From positions 51,894,001-51,958,000 of the forward strand of contig OX597829.1 of assembly GCA_951406725.2 (NCBI GenBank): DNA of 64,000 nt, read 5' to 3'. Numbering within the stretch: position 1 is the stretch's first letter; each line of letters starts with the position of its first letter. The position numbers and the translations under genes were made by a program. This document shows positions 1-13,242 of this stretch, piece by piece. This DNA comes from Octopus vulgaris (taxonomy: Eukaryota). The notes beneath the pieces were generated by a model. That model did no database searches. It was not told where the DNA came from and saw only the letters and a list, made by a program, of their open reading frames with translations.

Positions 1-114
1 CAAAACCTCAGCCTGCAGCAGCATCCAAGAAAGAAGATACCCATAATAACTTATTCGGCGAGCAAAAACTGAAAGTTAGGACTGATTTTAATGCTGCCAC
101 CGTGAAGGGTCAAG
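1..114 (+). CDS. Jupiter/HN1-family microtubule-associated protein, internal coding exon (5' part outside window)
   Basis: Frame from nt 3 reads KPQPAAASKKEDTHNNLFGEQKLKVRTDFNAATVKGQ-G, with a DTxxxLFG motif typical of the family; donor AG|GTAATT at 114/115, phase 1. Confidence 0.75.
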
Positions 115-2000
115 GTAATTCTCTTTATATATGTGTGTGTGTGTTAGTAACTAAAATTATGTATGTACGGGAGTAAAGGCCCTTCTATAAATATGTACTG
201 TTGTAGAAGATATTTTGTACATTATTTTTTCCTGTGAACAGTGCGACGATTGTGTTTAATTGGAGATTGGGTGCAAATTGATGTTTGTTGGATAAAATAT
301 TATAACAGTAATAGAAAAGTCAGGTCCTAATTAATATCAGGCGATAGAACGAAAACTTTTTTTAACGATTTATGTGTGTATCAATCAGACAGGCAGCTTT
401 CCTCTTGGTATTATATCAAAAATGTAGGAAATATCCCATCCCTGATATTTCTTTAGAATTGAAGTATTTTAAGCATAAAAAGATATCCAAGCTATCTTCG
501 TTGATGCGTATAAAACTGTTAAAAAGAGCCTGTTTATATGTTGATTCTAGAATGAAAACTCTAAATGTTTGGATCAAGGAGTTGTTCATAATATTTAATA
601 GTTTTTCTCGGCGTTTTTCAACATTTTCATTATAAATGTGATGACGATTTTCGATAAGGAAACATTGAAATCTGGCCTAGATTGTTGATATTCCAGCAGT
701 GAACTTTGGAGTTAGAATTGTTCAGTTGATTAATCGAGTGTGTGATATTGTGATTATGGCCAGTGATTGGAGATTCAGATCCAGATGATTAATTAGTGTC
801 AATCGTAGGGCAAATAAGAAGAGTTTGACCAAAGCCTATGCTTACACTGCAAGTCCATTTTGGCAGAATTATAAGCCTTCGGGCAAATCAACTGACTTCA
901 AGATACAACATACATAGACCAGAATCAGGCCAGTAGGGTCCCCCAAGCAACTTCCCAGTCTTTTAAGGCGACACTGTCACAATTATCGTTTTGATGGATA
1001 TTATTATCTTTTTGTATCCAATGCTAAAAACGCAATACGAGAAGTTGTAGACTTTTGGGAGAGAAATATGGCTTAGTCGTAGGCAGTGGAACCGGGGATT
1101 GGAGAGCACTATTCTTATATATTTTCTTTACATTTATGCTTTTTAATGTGATTGTGTCTAAAGAAATTTAGATAACAATGAACAAATATGACAAAATGAT
1201 TATATTTTCGAGGTTATTGTTTATATAAAACGATCGTGTGCAAGGAATTCAAAACCTAACCAATAACTACTGCCTGTGAACATGCTTTTCTTTCAAGTAT
1301 TCGTTCTGTAGACTAATTTACTGTTTTTCATTGCTTCCTCCCCCTCAACATGTGTTTGTATAATAATATGATGTTAGCTGACACCTCTCTTCCATTGATA
1401 TGTCTTTAGTAATTTGGTACTAATTTATGTGTTTTGATAACTTGAAACAAGACTCTACTCTTTTAACCAAACGACCTTAACGACTGTGTATATGTAATAA
1501 GATAATGTAGTTTCATACAATCACATGAAGATGTTGGTTTACTTTGTTGCTCTTTGAGTGTGCTTGTTTGTATACAGTTATCTCAGACAACAAAGAATGG
1601 TCGAGCAAGTGCATGTGTATGAGGAACCGTGTAGTGAAGAACAACTTAAACCCTACGAGTATTGTGTACTTTTCCCCATGTTTGTACGCCCAAACGTGTG
1701 TTCGTCATTGTGTGTGTGTGTTGTCCATTTATAAGCATTAAGGATTATTGTTTTAAAATACGGATTCAGCTGAGGACACATCCATATGTATGGAGTTTTG
1801 TAATTTTGTTTGTGATTAAGCAGAAAAATACCCTGCCAACATTGCAGCATCTCTCTTCACTTTTCTTATGCTCATAGTGTTGGTTATGGAGGTAATTGTA
1901 TTTATAATCATTTAAATTTGAATTGATTGAATTGACAAAACTAGTTTGTCATGCTCTCTCTCTCTCTCTCTCTGTATATATATATATATATATATATATA

Positions 2001-2189
2001 CCGGAGTAAACACCTAAATGTGAAACAAGGTGGAAAAAAGAGTACTCAAATACCAGTGGTAGAGTAATATGCTTTATTTAGAGCAGCAGAAAATTCAACA
2101 AAACCTGTTACTCTGAGTTTCCCGTTGCCGTTCGGAAACTCAGAGTAACAGGTTTTGTTGAATTTTCTGCTGCTTTAAATAAAGTATAT
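2001..2189 (-). mobile_element. (TA)n-embedded fold-back element with a partial hammerhead motif (non-autonomous Penelope-like/retrozyme-type candidate)
   Basis: 56-bp inverted arms 2067-2122 and 2134-2189 with 2 mismatches; minus strand reads GA-ACG-GCAA-CGG-GAAAC-TCAGA-GTA. Confidence 0.55.
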
Positions 2190-3292
2190 ATATATATATA
2201 TCCATCTCCATCTCGTTGGCTGGATACTAATTTTTTTCCCCCCCAGCTTGGTTCTGTACATACATGCATTTGTTAGAAGTGTAATACTGCTTTGTATAGT
2301 TAAAGAAAACCTGCAGTGGAGGCTGGGGAGAAATGAGATGAATTTGATTTGTTGAATTTCAAGTGTCAACTTGTACAAGTGTGCTGAGTTAGTGACTAGG
2401 CACTTGAGGAAGTATCAGCTGGTGTATGTAGTAGAGATGGTTTCGTTGGTAAAGACATGTGATTGTGAATAGTAGATACTAACTACAATACTATGGGGAG
2501 ACAGTGAGGTCATGTTTTGTAATGTTTGACTTTTCAGGTCTCATAGTATATTGAAGTGACAATATGCCACATGGCCTGTCTGATTGAGCATGAAACTTAT
2601 ATTAGCTCACATTTAAATCCTGTGTTCATTAAATGATACGTGCATGAGATATTAGCAGGATCTTAAGAGATATGTTATTTCCTTGACTAACCAACAAAAC
2701 TTTCTGATTTGGGATGGCCTCTGTGGTTGGTTACACCTTGTTTGGCTATCATACAAGTTTATATGGGTAAGGTAATAGTTACAATACAGGAGGTCTAAAT
2801 ATATACTGTTAGTAATAGGTTGTGTGGTATATTACAAAGTTGTGGTTATTGATATAAAGCAGTTTTGAAGCCCTGAAAAAGGCATGGCAATGACTCTACT
2901 GTTTTAATTTGGGCAGTGCTGAAGCTTTAGAAGAATATGGGCGACTGAATGAAAGTGTATAGAAAATCAATGTTGATATAAAAAAAAGTTAAGTTACATA
3001 CAGCTAATATAAACATATATTTTATCTTTTATTACTTAATTTCAGGATGGAAGATATAAATTTATATATATTTGGTGGAATAAAATGAAATTAATTTCTT
3101 TGTCACTTGCATCAACTTGGTATCAAGAGCCAAATGTAATATAAAGCTGATAGCATAGACAAGCAACAATAGGATGTAAAAGAACAGTGTGTGTGTTTAT
3201 ATATAATTGGCCTCAGTCTCAAATTTTAGACTGTTATGGGCTCCATATACAGTTTTTTTCAAATCTTTTAAATGTTTTCAATTTAAGCTTAA

Positions 3293-3513
3293 CCCTTTTG
3301 TTACCATATTTCTGTTGAGATGCTCTGTGTTTCTTTCAATTACTTTAAATATAACAAAGAATTTAGTGAAATAACTTAGTTACCATTAAGCTAGTGTTAG
3401 GAACATAAATTGTGACTAAGGTTTGGTGGAAGATTTTAATTCAAAACTTTTGAAAAACAAGACATTTGTACTCAGAGCCAGAGCTGGTTTCAGCCGGGTT
3501 GGTAACAAAAGGG
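3293..3513. mobile_element. piggyBac-type MITE
   Basis: TTAA on both sides; 14-bp TIR CCCTTTTGTTACCA/TGGTAACAAAAGGG; reverse-oriented relative at ~61720-61933. Confidence 0.75.
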
Positions 3514-5934
3514 TTAAGACACTCTTTCCCTGCGTGCCTAGACGTTTATTGTCTTTGATTAATTGGTCGTTAATTGCTATATTCTTTATCTCTGATATCA
3601 AGTTTTTTTCCTAACCTTTTTATTGTTTTGTATTGGCAACCTCAAGCACAGTGATAGCTAGAATTATTATTAAGTATGTCAGTAGGGCTATTGTGCTGAA
3701 GCTGTGAAGTGTAAACTGTTCAATGTGTTAAAATATGTCTTCATACCTTGTCAGTTTGGATAATTGGATGATTCTTCCTTATTTTGTGTGTAATTACACC
3801 ATTTCTAATATTTCTATTTATTTTTATAAAACTATTATTTTTATATGTAGCAAATGGAGGACTCCATGTCCAAGTTTTGATTCCATTTTGGTCCCTAATA
3901 GAGTAAAAGAGTAAATTTGAAGAAGTTGTGTGCCAGCATGAATAATTCAATGCCTCACAACATAAAATTTATTCCACCGTTTTAACTATTTATGTCACTT
4001 CAGAAGAACAGTAAACTTGTAACTTTACATTTCTCTGCTGCTAAAAAAAAATCACTTGTAATATAAGTGTGATATTCCTTTGTATACCTGTGTATAGAAA
4101 TGAATATGAAGTGCAAAGGAATTGACCATAACAAATGGCAATCTCAAATGAAAAACTGGCCAGTATGGAGAAAACTTACTAAGTCATACCAAAGCCATGA
4201 CACAGTCATAGTCGCGACAACTGGCTGTAGATAATAGAAACCATTGAAAATAACATGAGCATTAAGTTTCAGAAATGTCTTACACAAAACTTTGCAGAAA
4301 CATACACACAAGTTATAGACTGTCTTGACCCTACAGGTTCATTAATTAGGCTGGAATGTATTCCATTTTCCATTTGTAAAAGTGACTGAAAGTACAAGAC
4401 TCTTGTTGCATTGGACATTGGTCTGTTGCAAGATTAGTCCCCAGCTTCCTACTCTGAAGCAATGTGGAAATAGAGTGTCTTGGTCAAGGACACAGCACGC
4501 TATCTCCGTTGGAGAATTACACTCTTAACCTCTTTATCAGGAGTCCACAAGGCCACATAGCTTTACGTTTGTGTGTGTGTCAGTGTAAAATGTATGTTAT
4601 AATGTATTGAATACTTTATTGACTGGTAGTCCTGTGTAATTGAGAGATATTTGTTGTGAGGGTCTCCATTGAACAGGATTGATATGTATCTGCATGTACA
4701 TGCTTTTACACCTGAGTCCATACTTGTAAGTCTCCCCCACACAGTGACACCACCGTTGTTGTCTAAAAGAAAGGCCTTTTCTTAAAGGCTGATGCATCTT
4801 GGTGCCGAGTGGTGTCACAGGCATTGCTGTCAGATTGCAAAGAGCCGGAAAATACACGCAGCAGCAAGGTGTTCCATTAATTCACTTCTCTCCCCATCCA
4901 CCATTGAAAAAGATGAGAGTGACAGTGTTCACCTTGGAATAAATTGGTCTCAAAGCGTGGAAAATTGGAACAAATGCCTCAAGGTAGTCTATTCAGCGCT
5001 CTGATGACTCTGCTAATTTGTTTTCTTTGTATGTGTGAGCTTTTGTGGGATTTCTTTTTGTTACTTATCCTCTGCTTGTTATTCAAATTTTGCCATGGTC
5101 AGCAAATCATTTGTGTATTTTTTTTAGAATACATACCATAAATTTCTCTCCCTGTAAATAAAAAAAGAACAAAATCAAATAATTTTCCAACTGACTGTAT
5201 TTTTGTTTGTTTTTCACATCACAAGATTACAATGTCTACAGTTTTTTTTTATTGTGGTTGGGCATGTAATTTGAGAGATTTCACTGCTACATCTAGCATG
5301 GTCACCCTCATAAATTTATTTAATATTGAGTTGTTGATGTGAAAATATATATATGTGTGTAAGGTAATATCTTGCTTTAATGATGTTTTTTTTTTTTAAA
5401 TATAAACAATTAAAAATGTTCAATTACTGCGATGTATGAATTGATAATATGCGTGCGTTTGTTGGTTCATTCAGTCAGTCACTTAGTTTGAATGTTGATA
5501 CACATACTTTGTGGGTTCACAATCTGTCACTATTTTGTTGTCACAAAACTTTTGAATTTACACTTCTAAGCATCAAAATGAAAGGGTAGCATTATGTTGA
5601 ATGTAATTAATTATATAAAGAAATGGAAAGCGATTGCTTTGGAAACAAAACTCAAGACCACAAACCAAACAAAAGACTGGAAAATTATTAAAGATTTAGC
5701 TTAAAATGTTTCCTTTACTTAACGGTACCTATGATTTTATTGGATAAAAGAAATATTCAAATGAAATTTAAAGTGCTCACTCTTTGGCAGTCTATAAAGA
5801 TATGTAGTACAGAACTGGTCAACATTGGTCTTCTTATTTATCGATATGCATAACTGATTAAACTTGCGATAAATCTCTTGAATTTTTAAAAAAGGCAAAT
5901 GAGGAAACATTTACTTTTAAGTAGTGAATGGTTT

Positions 5935-5975
<41 letters not shown>

Positions 5976-5985
<10 letters not shown>

Positions 5986-6275
5986 TAAATTAGAGATAAA
6001 ACCACTATTAGGCAAATCAAACAATGAAAAACTTAAGCCAATACATAAGATTAATTAATTTATATTATTTTAAATATATATCACTTTTGATATATATTTA
6101 AAATAATATAAATTAATTAATCTTATGTATTGGCTTAAGTTTTTCATTGTTTGATTTGCCTAATAGTGGTTTTATCTCTAATTTAATATAATATAATATT
6201 TTACTATAAAATTGGATTCAATTCTAAATCTGATTTTTCCCTGTAAGTTTGGATTTATTCCCTAATATTTTATTA
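5976..6275. repeat. (TA)n-embedded element with a perfect palindrome (arms 5981-6083 and 6088-6190)
   Basis: 103-bp arms identical in reverse complement with a 4-nt loop CTTT; (TA)n tracts on both sides. Confidence 0.85.
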
Positions 6276-6769
6276 TATATATATATGTGTGTGTGTGTGT
6301 ATATAAAATGTTCATTTAAAATTAGGGATAAAATTACTTTAATGATTTTATCAAGTGGCCAGCAAGAAATAAAAACCTTGCAGGTACCATTTTTTAGGGC
6401 CAAACGGCTCTAAAAACCACCTCAGTACTCCATTAGCACAGGTTGTAATTGGGCAGATGAAAAAATAAATAAGACCTTTAGATTAATTGTATATTTATAT
6501 ATACATCATCAGCATCATCATTATTATTATTATTATACATCTGTTCTCCATGCTGGCATGGGTTGGATGGTTTGACAAGAGCTGGCCAGCCAGAGAGCTG
6601 CAGCAGGTTTCAATTGTCTGTTTTGGCATGGTTTCTGCAGCTGGATGCTCTTACTAATGCCAACCACTTTACAGAGTGTACTGGGTGCTTTTTACATGGT
6701 ACGAGTATGGGTGTTTTTTTGCATGGCATCAGCATGAGTACTTTTTACGTGATAAGCATGTATGAAGCT

Positions 6770-7400
6770 GGTTGGCATAATGTTAAAGTGCAAGAAGCTG
6801 TGAAAGCAAGTGTTGAAGTTGTATATTTGCTCCCAAAACAACTGAAAGAAGTAATCGAATATAGTTACACATTATCACAAATCGTCAGCATAGATGAAAC
6901 ATGCCTATTTTGGAAATGCATGCCAGCAAGAAAAAGACATTTCTTGATGCTAAGTTTTTTTTTTTTAAAGTTGTTAAAGACTGGTTATTGTTTAGACCTA
7001 ATTCAGCTAGAGATTGAGTTAAGACCCATGCATTTGCTTTTCTGTTGAAATTCTAACAGTACCAGAAGGCCTTGTAAAGCTACACTTCCATACAGAAGAC
7101 AAATAAAAAGAATATCTTGGTTTACTATTTCACAATCTAAAGATTTTTTTTTTGTATGACTCTTTACTTGAAATAAAAAGAAAAATATTTTGAAGATAAA
7201 AAAAAAACATTCTAGTTCTTGTGCAACCAATCAGAGATAATGCACTTGTCATCTACAATGTCCACATCATCATCCATATATAGGTTAATGTTTGTACTGT
7301 CAAATAATCACTTTTGCCAGCAACAAACCATGACATTTAAAGGATATTATCTTTGACACATTTGATTAGCTACATGAAAGATAAGGAAGGATTCTCATTA
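6770..7400 (+). mobile_element. Decayed pogo/Tigger-type DDE transposase remnant
   Basis: YTLSQIVSIDETCLFWKCMPAR matches the pogo QIFNxDETGLFWKxMP motif; downstream sequence is disrupted. Confidence 0.7.
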
Positions 7401-10400
7401 AAAGGATTTTGGAGATATTCAATGTCTTAGGTACAGCAAAAACAACAAGAGGAGGAGCTTACTGTTCATTTTCTCTTTTCTCTCTGCCATTCCCCTTCTC
7501 ATAGTTTAACCCCCTCTTCCCCAGCATAAAGCAGATCCCTCTCACCTCCCTCAGGATTCATAGTTCTGTGTCCCGCGTGGAGACTTCAGTGATGTGGGTG
7601 TTATGAAAAACGTACCCATTTACACACTGTAAATTGGTTGGTGTCAGGAAGGGCATCTAGCCATAGAAAACATGCCAAAGCTAACACTGGAGCACAATGC
7701 AGTCTTTGACTCAGATCATCCAACTCTTGCTTGCAGGAACATAGATGTTAAAAGATGATGAGGAGGATGAAAAGTTAAAGAATAAAATAAGAGATATTAG
7801 GGAAGGATTCTTATTCTGAATTTATCGATAATTTTCAGTGATTTCAAAGACAGTGAAGATTCTTTGAAATGAGACTGAAACAATCGTTATCATTGATTTT
7901 GCTAATATTCATCTCATCTTAATGGTTCTGTGAATGACTATTTCAACTGTGACCAAGTGCTCATAAACAAAGATGGATTTTGAAAAGGAAGAACATTATA
8001 TAAAATATGAAAGTTCCTCATGTAAAGGTCTAGACAAAATTTTTTTCACATATTCAAATAGTGATTTATATTTTCAAGATTAAAATTTCAAGCTAAGTAG
8101 AAATGTTACTGCAGATGTTAATAAACCTCATGGCTAGTATGATCTATTTAGAAAAGAAAAGACTGCCATGAAAGTAAGAAGCTCTTGACACAAAGAAAAC
8201 AAACTCCTTGAGGTTGACCTAAATATGAGCTGCAAAGCATCATTAAGTGGTGAATAAAATGTAAAAAAAAACCTAGTGACATTTGATTGTCTATTATTTG
8301 TAAATGCATTATTCAATGTAGACTTTGGTTCAAAAGATTGCTTCCAGCTATGTGGTCTTGGGTTCAGTCCCACTGCATGGTACCTTTGGCTAGTGTTTTT
8401 CCACTATAGCCCCAGGCTGACCAAAGACTTGTCAGTGGATTTGGTTGATGGGAACTGAAAAAAAAAAACCTATCATCATGTATGTGTGTGTGTGTTTATA
8501 TGTATATATGTATGCATATGTGTGTATATATATGTGTATGTATGTGTATATATATATATAATCAAATGAGTATGTGTGTATTTGTAATGTATATTTAGGT
8601 GTTTATCCTTCTCTAGACTTCATGTGATAATTGTAAAATAGCATCACCATCAGACAGACGACATCGTTCATTTTCAGTTTTCTGTGAAAAAAAAACTTGT
8701 GTAGCTTGGAAACAGGTATGGGTTGTTGACCGGAAGGGCGTCCAGCCATAGAAAATTTGCCTCGGTAAATTCCGCCTGACCCATGCAATCATGGAAAAAT
8801 TGGATGTTGAATGCTGCTGATGATGATGTATTGAAGCATCGGTTATGCCGGAAATGTTTTATTGTTCCTTCCTTAACACTTAGAAAGGCTGTTGGCTTAA
8901 ATCCCTCGTGAGAATATAAGTATTGTTTGTAACATTTTTATATGAATTAGTTACTCGCTCAAACAATTGGAACCAACTCAATTGTTAAACTGATGTATTC
9001 CTGATAATGTATATTAATCATAAGGGTGTTGGGCACATGTTTGTTAGGTCATATCTTTGATTCCTGCCAAAAGTGAAGTATTTGGCATATGTGTGTGTGT
9101 TTTGTTTTTTATGTTCGTTTTCTCATGCTGGCATAAGTTAGAAGAATGTTCTATTGCATTTCCTGTTTCTCGTCCTTGCCTATTTTTCTTTGGATTTCTT
9201 ATTCCACATGCCTTTCAAGGTGCAAGCCCAGTGGGTCATTGGTTGATTGGAAAATACCGACTATGTTGCCATTTGTGGATTGTAATATTCAGTGAATATG
9301 TAGCAGATACAGAGACACATACTTATGCCTATACATACACATATATACGATGGGGTTCTTTCAGTTTCCAGCTGCTAATTCCAGTCACAAAGCTTTGGTT
9401 AGCCCAGGGCTGTGTGGTAAGAAGTTAGCTTCCTAATCACATGGTTCTGAATTCAGTAAATGCAAGTGTCTTCTACTATAGCCCTGGATCAACTAAATTC
9501 TTGCAAATTAAGTTGCTAGACAGAAACTTAAAGAAGCCTGTTATATATTTGTGTTTGTCCTACACTACTATTTGACAATCATTTGGTCTGTTTATGTCCT
9601 TGTAACTTAGCAGTTCAGCAAAAGAGACTGATAGAATAAATACCTGATATTTAAAAAAAAAAAAAAAGGACTGAAGGTTGATTTGTTCAAGAAAATCTCT
9701 TCAAGGCACAACAAAAGATATCTAAAACAAAGGATAAAAAGTGTGTCTGTGCACACACACACACACAATAATAACAATAATTCTAGGATGGAATGTATAA
9801 ATATTTAAATCATCACTATGCATTTCCACAAATCAGATATGATTTTAACATCAGAGTCGGTATCCCTGGTATTAGTAAAGTATAGTCCATACTATCCATG
9901 GGCATCCGGTTGATCATCATCATTGATTCATTTCATCAGGCAATAATACTGCATTATTGTATGAATCACAGAGGGATGTTTATCTCTTCTTGTCGGTATG
10001 AAGGACAATTTAGCTATATTTGCATACCCCTAACATTACCATAAACAAGTTAATAAGATATATATCGTTGCTATTATGCAAAAGTGTCATAAGTCTAAGA
10101 CGTTGCTTTGTCAGAAATCAATAAAAATAGTTTTGCCATTCCATAGCAAAACCGTTGTACTACACTTTGGCAATTTTTTGATATCTTGGCATTTGAAGCA
10201 GCTGGAGATATGATAGTTTGATAGTCTGACTATTGCAAGCAAAAATAAATACTGAAAAAAGCGCATTTGGACATACGACAGTTTAACATAATAGCAATGA
10301 TATATACATATATATCCAGAGTGATGTTTCTCTGTCCGTTACGTTTTTATGTTCTTTTAACCCCTCCTAGACAGTTGACACAAGGACAATGAAACTCAAA

Positions 10401-12263
10401 CCAGCAACTCCCCTAATCCAAGAGAATGTCCCAAGGGGGTCTATTTTTTTAATGGCTGCCTAATTGGGGGGCTCCACTGAACCCCCTTATTTTTACTGCA
10501 TTTTAAACTAAATGGTGACCAAATCAGAGCAATGACAATGAATTTCATACCATGAACACCCAGGGAGTATCATAAGGAGGTTCAATTTCTGAAGGGCCAC
10601 TTAAATGGGGCCCCCACTGATCCCCCTATTTTTACTGTGTTTACCTCACTCCTATGCTTATTGATTAAACTATGATTGGTATCAGTGCTTAGCACATTTG
10701 CAGAAATAAGTTTGGCCATTCTAAATACCTTCACGTACATTTATATCAAGATAAAAAAGTTATATAACAGATACGTTTCAAGTGGGGTAGTGTGGATATT
10801 TATATTTTGTAGTTTATGAAACTTATGTCTAGTACATAGATATAGTTGTATATGTAAAGCATGGCAGTGTATACAAAGTTCACCAAAAATCTCTGTTCAT
10901 CCAGTGTCAACATGGGAAAATGAAGTTATCTGAGAGAATTGCGAGAGCACTGGACAGATTGCTTTTTGGCATTTGTTCTAGTTTTCTGCTCAATGAGTTT
11001 GAATTCTGCCAAAATGACCGGAACTTTTGTCTTTTATCCTCCTTTCTGGATCAATAAGGTAAAGTACAAATCTAAGGCAATGGGGTTGGCAGAACATGTT
11101 AGAATGTTTTGCAGCCTTGGTTCTAGTTCCTTGCTTTCTGAGTTCAAATCTTTCCATAGTTTTTACTTGGTTGATAGATTTAATCTGGCACCTGGTTTAA
11201 CACCGACACCTGGTACCTGAAGTACTTTTTGTAGAGTCCACTCTGTTGCAAGCATTTGGGACAAATCTCTAGTTTTAGAATACCTTCTTCCATCCTTCAC
11301 ACCAGTCTTGGAGGTCCTATAAAAAGTTTATTGGTATTACTTTTCCACCTAACTAAGAAATGAAAAATAAATGAGAAGATGTGGCCATCTGGTGAGAAGT
11401 TTGTTTCCTAACAACATGGGTCTGGGTTCAGTCCCACTGCATGGTACCTTGGGCAAATGTCTTCTACAACAGCCTTGGGAGCAGATTTGGTAGGTGGACG
11501 TGAATGAAGACCAGTGTGTATGTATCTGTCTGTCCTCCACCGCCACTTGACAATTGGTGTTGGTGTGTTTACATCCCCATAATTTAATGGTTTGGCAAAA
11601 GAAACTAATAGAATAAGTACCAGGTTTTTAAAAATATAACTACTGAAGTTGATTTGTTTGACTAAAATCCTTCAAGGTGATGCTCCAGCATGGCTGCAGT
11701 CTAATGACTGAAAGGAGTGAAAGATAAAATAAAATGAATTTATGTATATGTGTGCAATATAAATGCACACACACATGTATGTATGCACATACAAAAAGAT
11801 TATGTTTCTCAATTGTCCAAACAATGACATAGAAATAGTTGGTAGTTTCTTGTTAGCTTGGAGATCTAATCAGCAGTGGAGATCAGTGTTGTGAAAATGT
11901 AGTAATCAGAATAAAGACGGGATAAAAAAAAAAGTTCAGAGTACCATTACCTTTAAGGTCTCTGTCTCCAAATGATAAGTAAACCATCTGATAACCGTAT
12001 AACAAATATGATTTGAATAGTGGACATGTTTGGTGGGAAAAGTGTTTGGAATGAAGACGTAATATCTTAAACTTTTCTCAGGATGGATGATAAACAATTG
12101 TGACAATCCATGTTGAAATGATTGTAAAGAATTCTTTAATTCCCAGAATGTATAATATTGCATTTTTAGCCATTAAAATTGCTGATTCTGTTAGTTTATT
12201 GTTATTGTTGATGTTTTTTTTTTTTAATGATTATAATTTGAAAATTATTATGTCTATTTTCAG

Positions 12264-12298
12264 GTTACTTCAAAGATCCAATAAATAATACAGGAGCA
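12264..12298 (+). CDS. Jupiter/HN1-family protein, 35-nt micro-exon (G)YFKDPINNTGA
   Basis: Acceptor tattttcag and donor GCA|GTAAGT; phase 1 in and phase 0 out bridges exon 1-114 to exon 20116 exactly in frame. Confidence 0.65.
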
Positions 12299-12590
12299 GT
12301 AAGTTTTTTTTTTTATCTTATTTCCATCACAGTTTAACTTTTTTTTTTATTATTATTAATTTCCACTTTAACAGTTTTAGGTTCACATCTAGTTTTATCT
12401 CATAGATACAGTATTCTTAATAAATTATATTACTGAAATGTGATTAAATATTAAATCCCTGTACTTTTGCAAGATTTTTTTGGGGGGGAATTGTTATAAC
12501 TGCATTAGATCTGGGATAATTAGCATTAGAACTGTGACAATATATAATTTGTAATGCATCAAAAATTTACTGTCAATAATGTTAGTAGTC

Positions 12591-12811
12591 AGGCGGCAAA
12601 CTGGCAGGAATGTTAGCACGCCAAGCAAAATGCTTAGCGGTATTTCGTCTGTCTTTATATTCTGAGTTCAAATTCCACCGAGGTTGACTTTGCCTTTCAT
12701 CCTTTCGGGGTCGATAAATTAAGTACCAGTTGTATACTAGGTCAATCTAATTGACTGCCTCCCACCCCTTCCCCAAAAATTTCAGGCCTTGTGCCTAGAG
12801 TAGAAAAGAAT
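12591..12811 (+). mobile_element. tRNA-derived SINE, family B (central domain GAGGTYGACTTTGCCTTTCATCCTTTCGGGGTCGATAAATTAAGTACCAG, Meta-domain-like)
   Basis: A-box and B-box-like head (GAGTTCAAATTCC); other copies at ~13670-13890(-), 15266-15480(-), 38566-38795(-), 40554-40774(-). Confidence 0.75.
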
Positions 12812-12868
12812 AATGTTAGTTGTGTAAATTATTAAAGAACTGAATACATAGCAATTTTGTTTAAAATA

Positions 12869-13242
12869 TTTATATATAAAAGAGAAGTTGTGTGTCTGTC
12901 TCCTACGATTTAGATTCCTATCTACTCCCACATTTTGCGGTGCAGTTTAACCAAAACCGGGTATCTTATAGTTGTGATTCATATCGAGCCCGTCTGGGTA
13001 TTAGCACGCGTCTACGATTTAAAAAATAATTTACCATCATTTTTTTCCATTTTAATGCATTTTTTCGCTATTATATAAGGGAAGTAACTCTCTAAAAATG
13101 TCGACGATTTAAAAAAAAATTTACCATCATTTGTTTTCCATTTTTAATGCTTTTTTTTGCTATTTTTTGGCTATAACTCTCTAAAAATGCTTATATAGTT
13201 ATTTCCCTTACAAACCCGAGCAATGCTGGGCGATACTGCTAG
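12869..13242 (+). mobile_element. Non-autonomous Helitron-like element
   Basis: 3' GC hairpin CCCG..TGGG then CTAG|T; same family as 60353-60863; carries an internal tandem duplication. Confidence 0.7.

Noticed and set aside
792-1076. Long nearly open frame in the first Jupiter intron
   Set aside because: It has an internal TAG, no acceptor in a phase compatible with the donor at 114, and no recognisable motif.
4744-4818. 10-bp inverted repeat GTGACACCAC/GTGGTGTCAC around an AAGGCCTT palindrome, as a possible pre-miRNA
   Set aside because: The intervening sequence pairs poorly; not enough support without small-RNA data.
6563-7048. 161-aa ORF as a host gene
   Set aside because: Chance fusion of an antisense RTE tail and a pogo transposase remnant.
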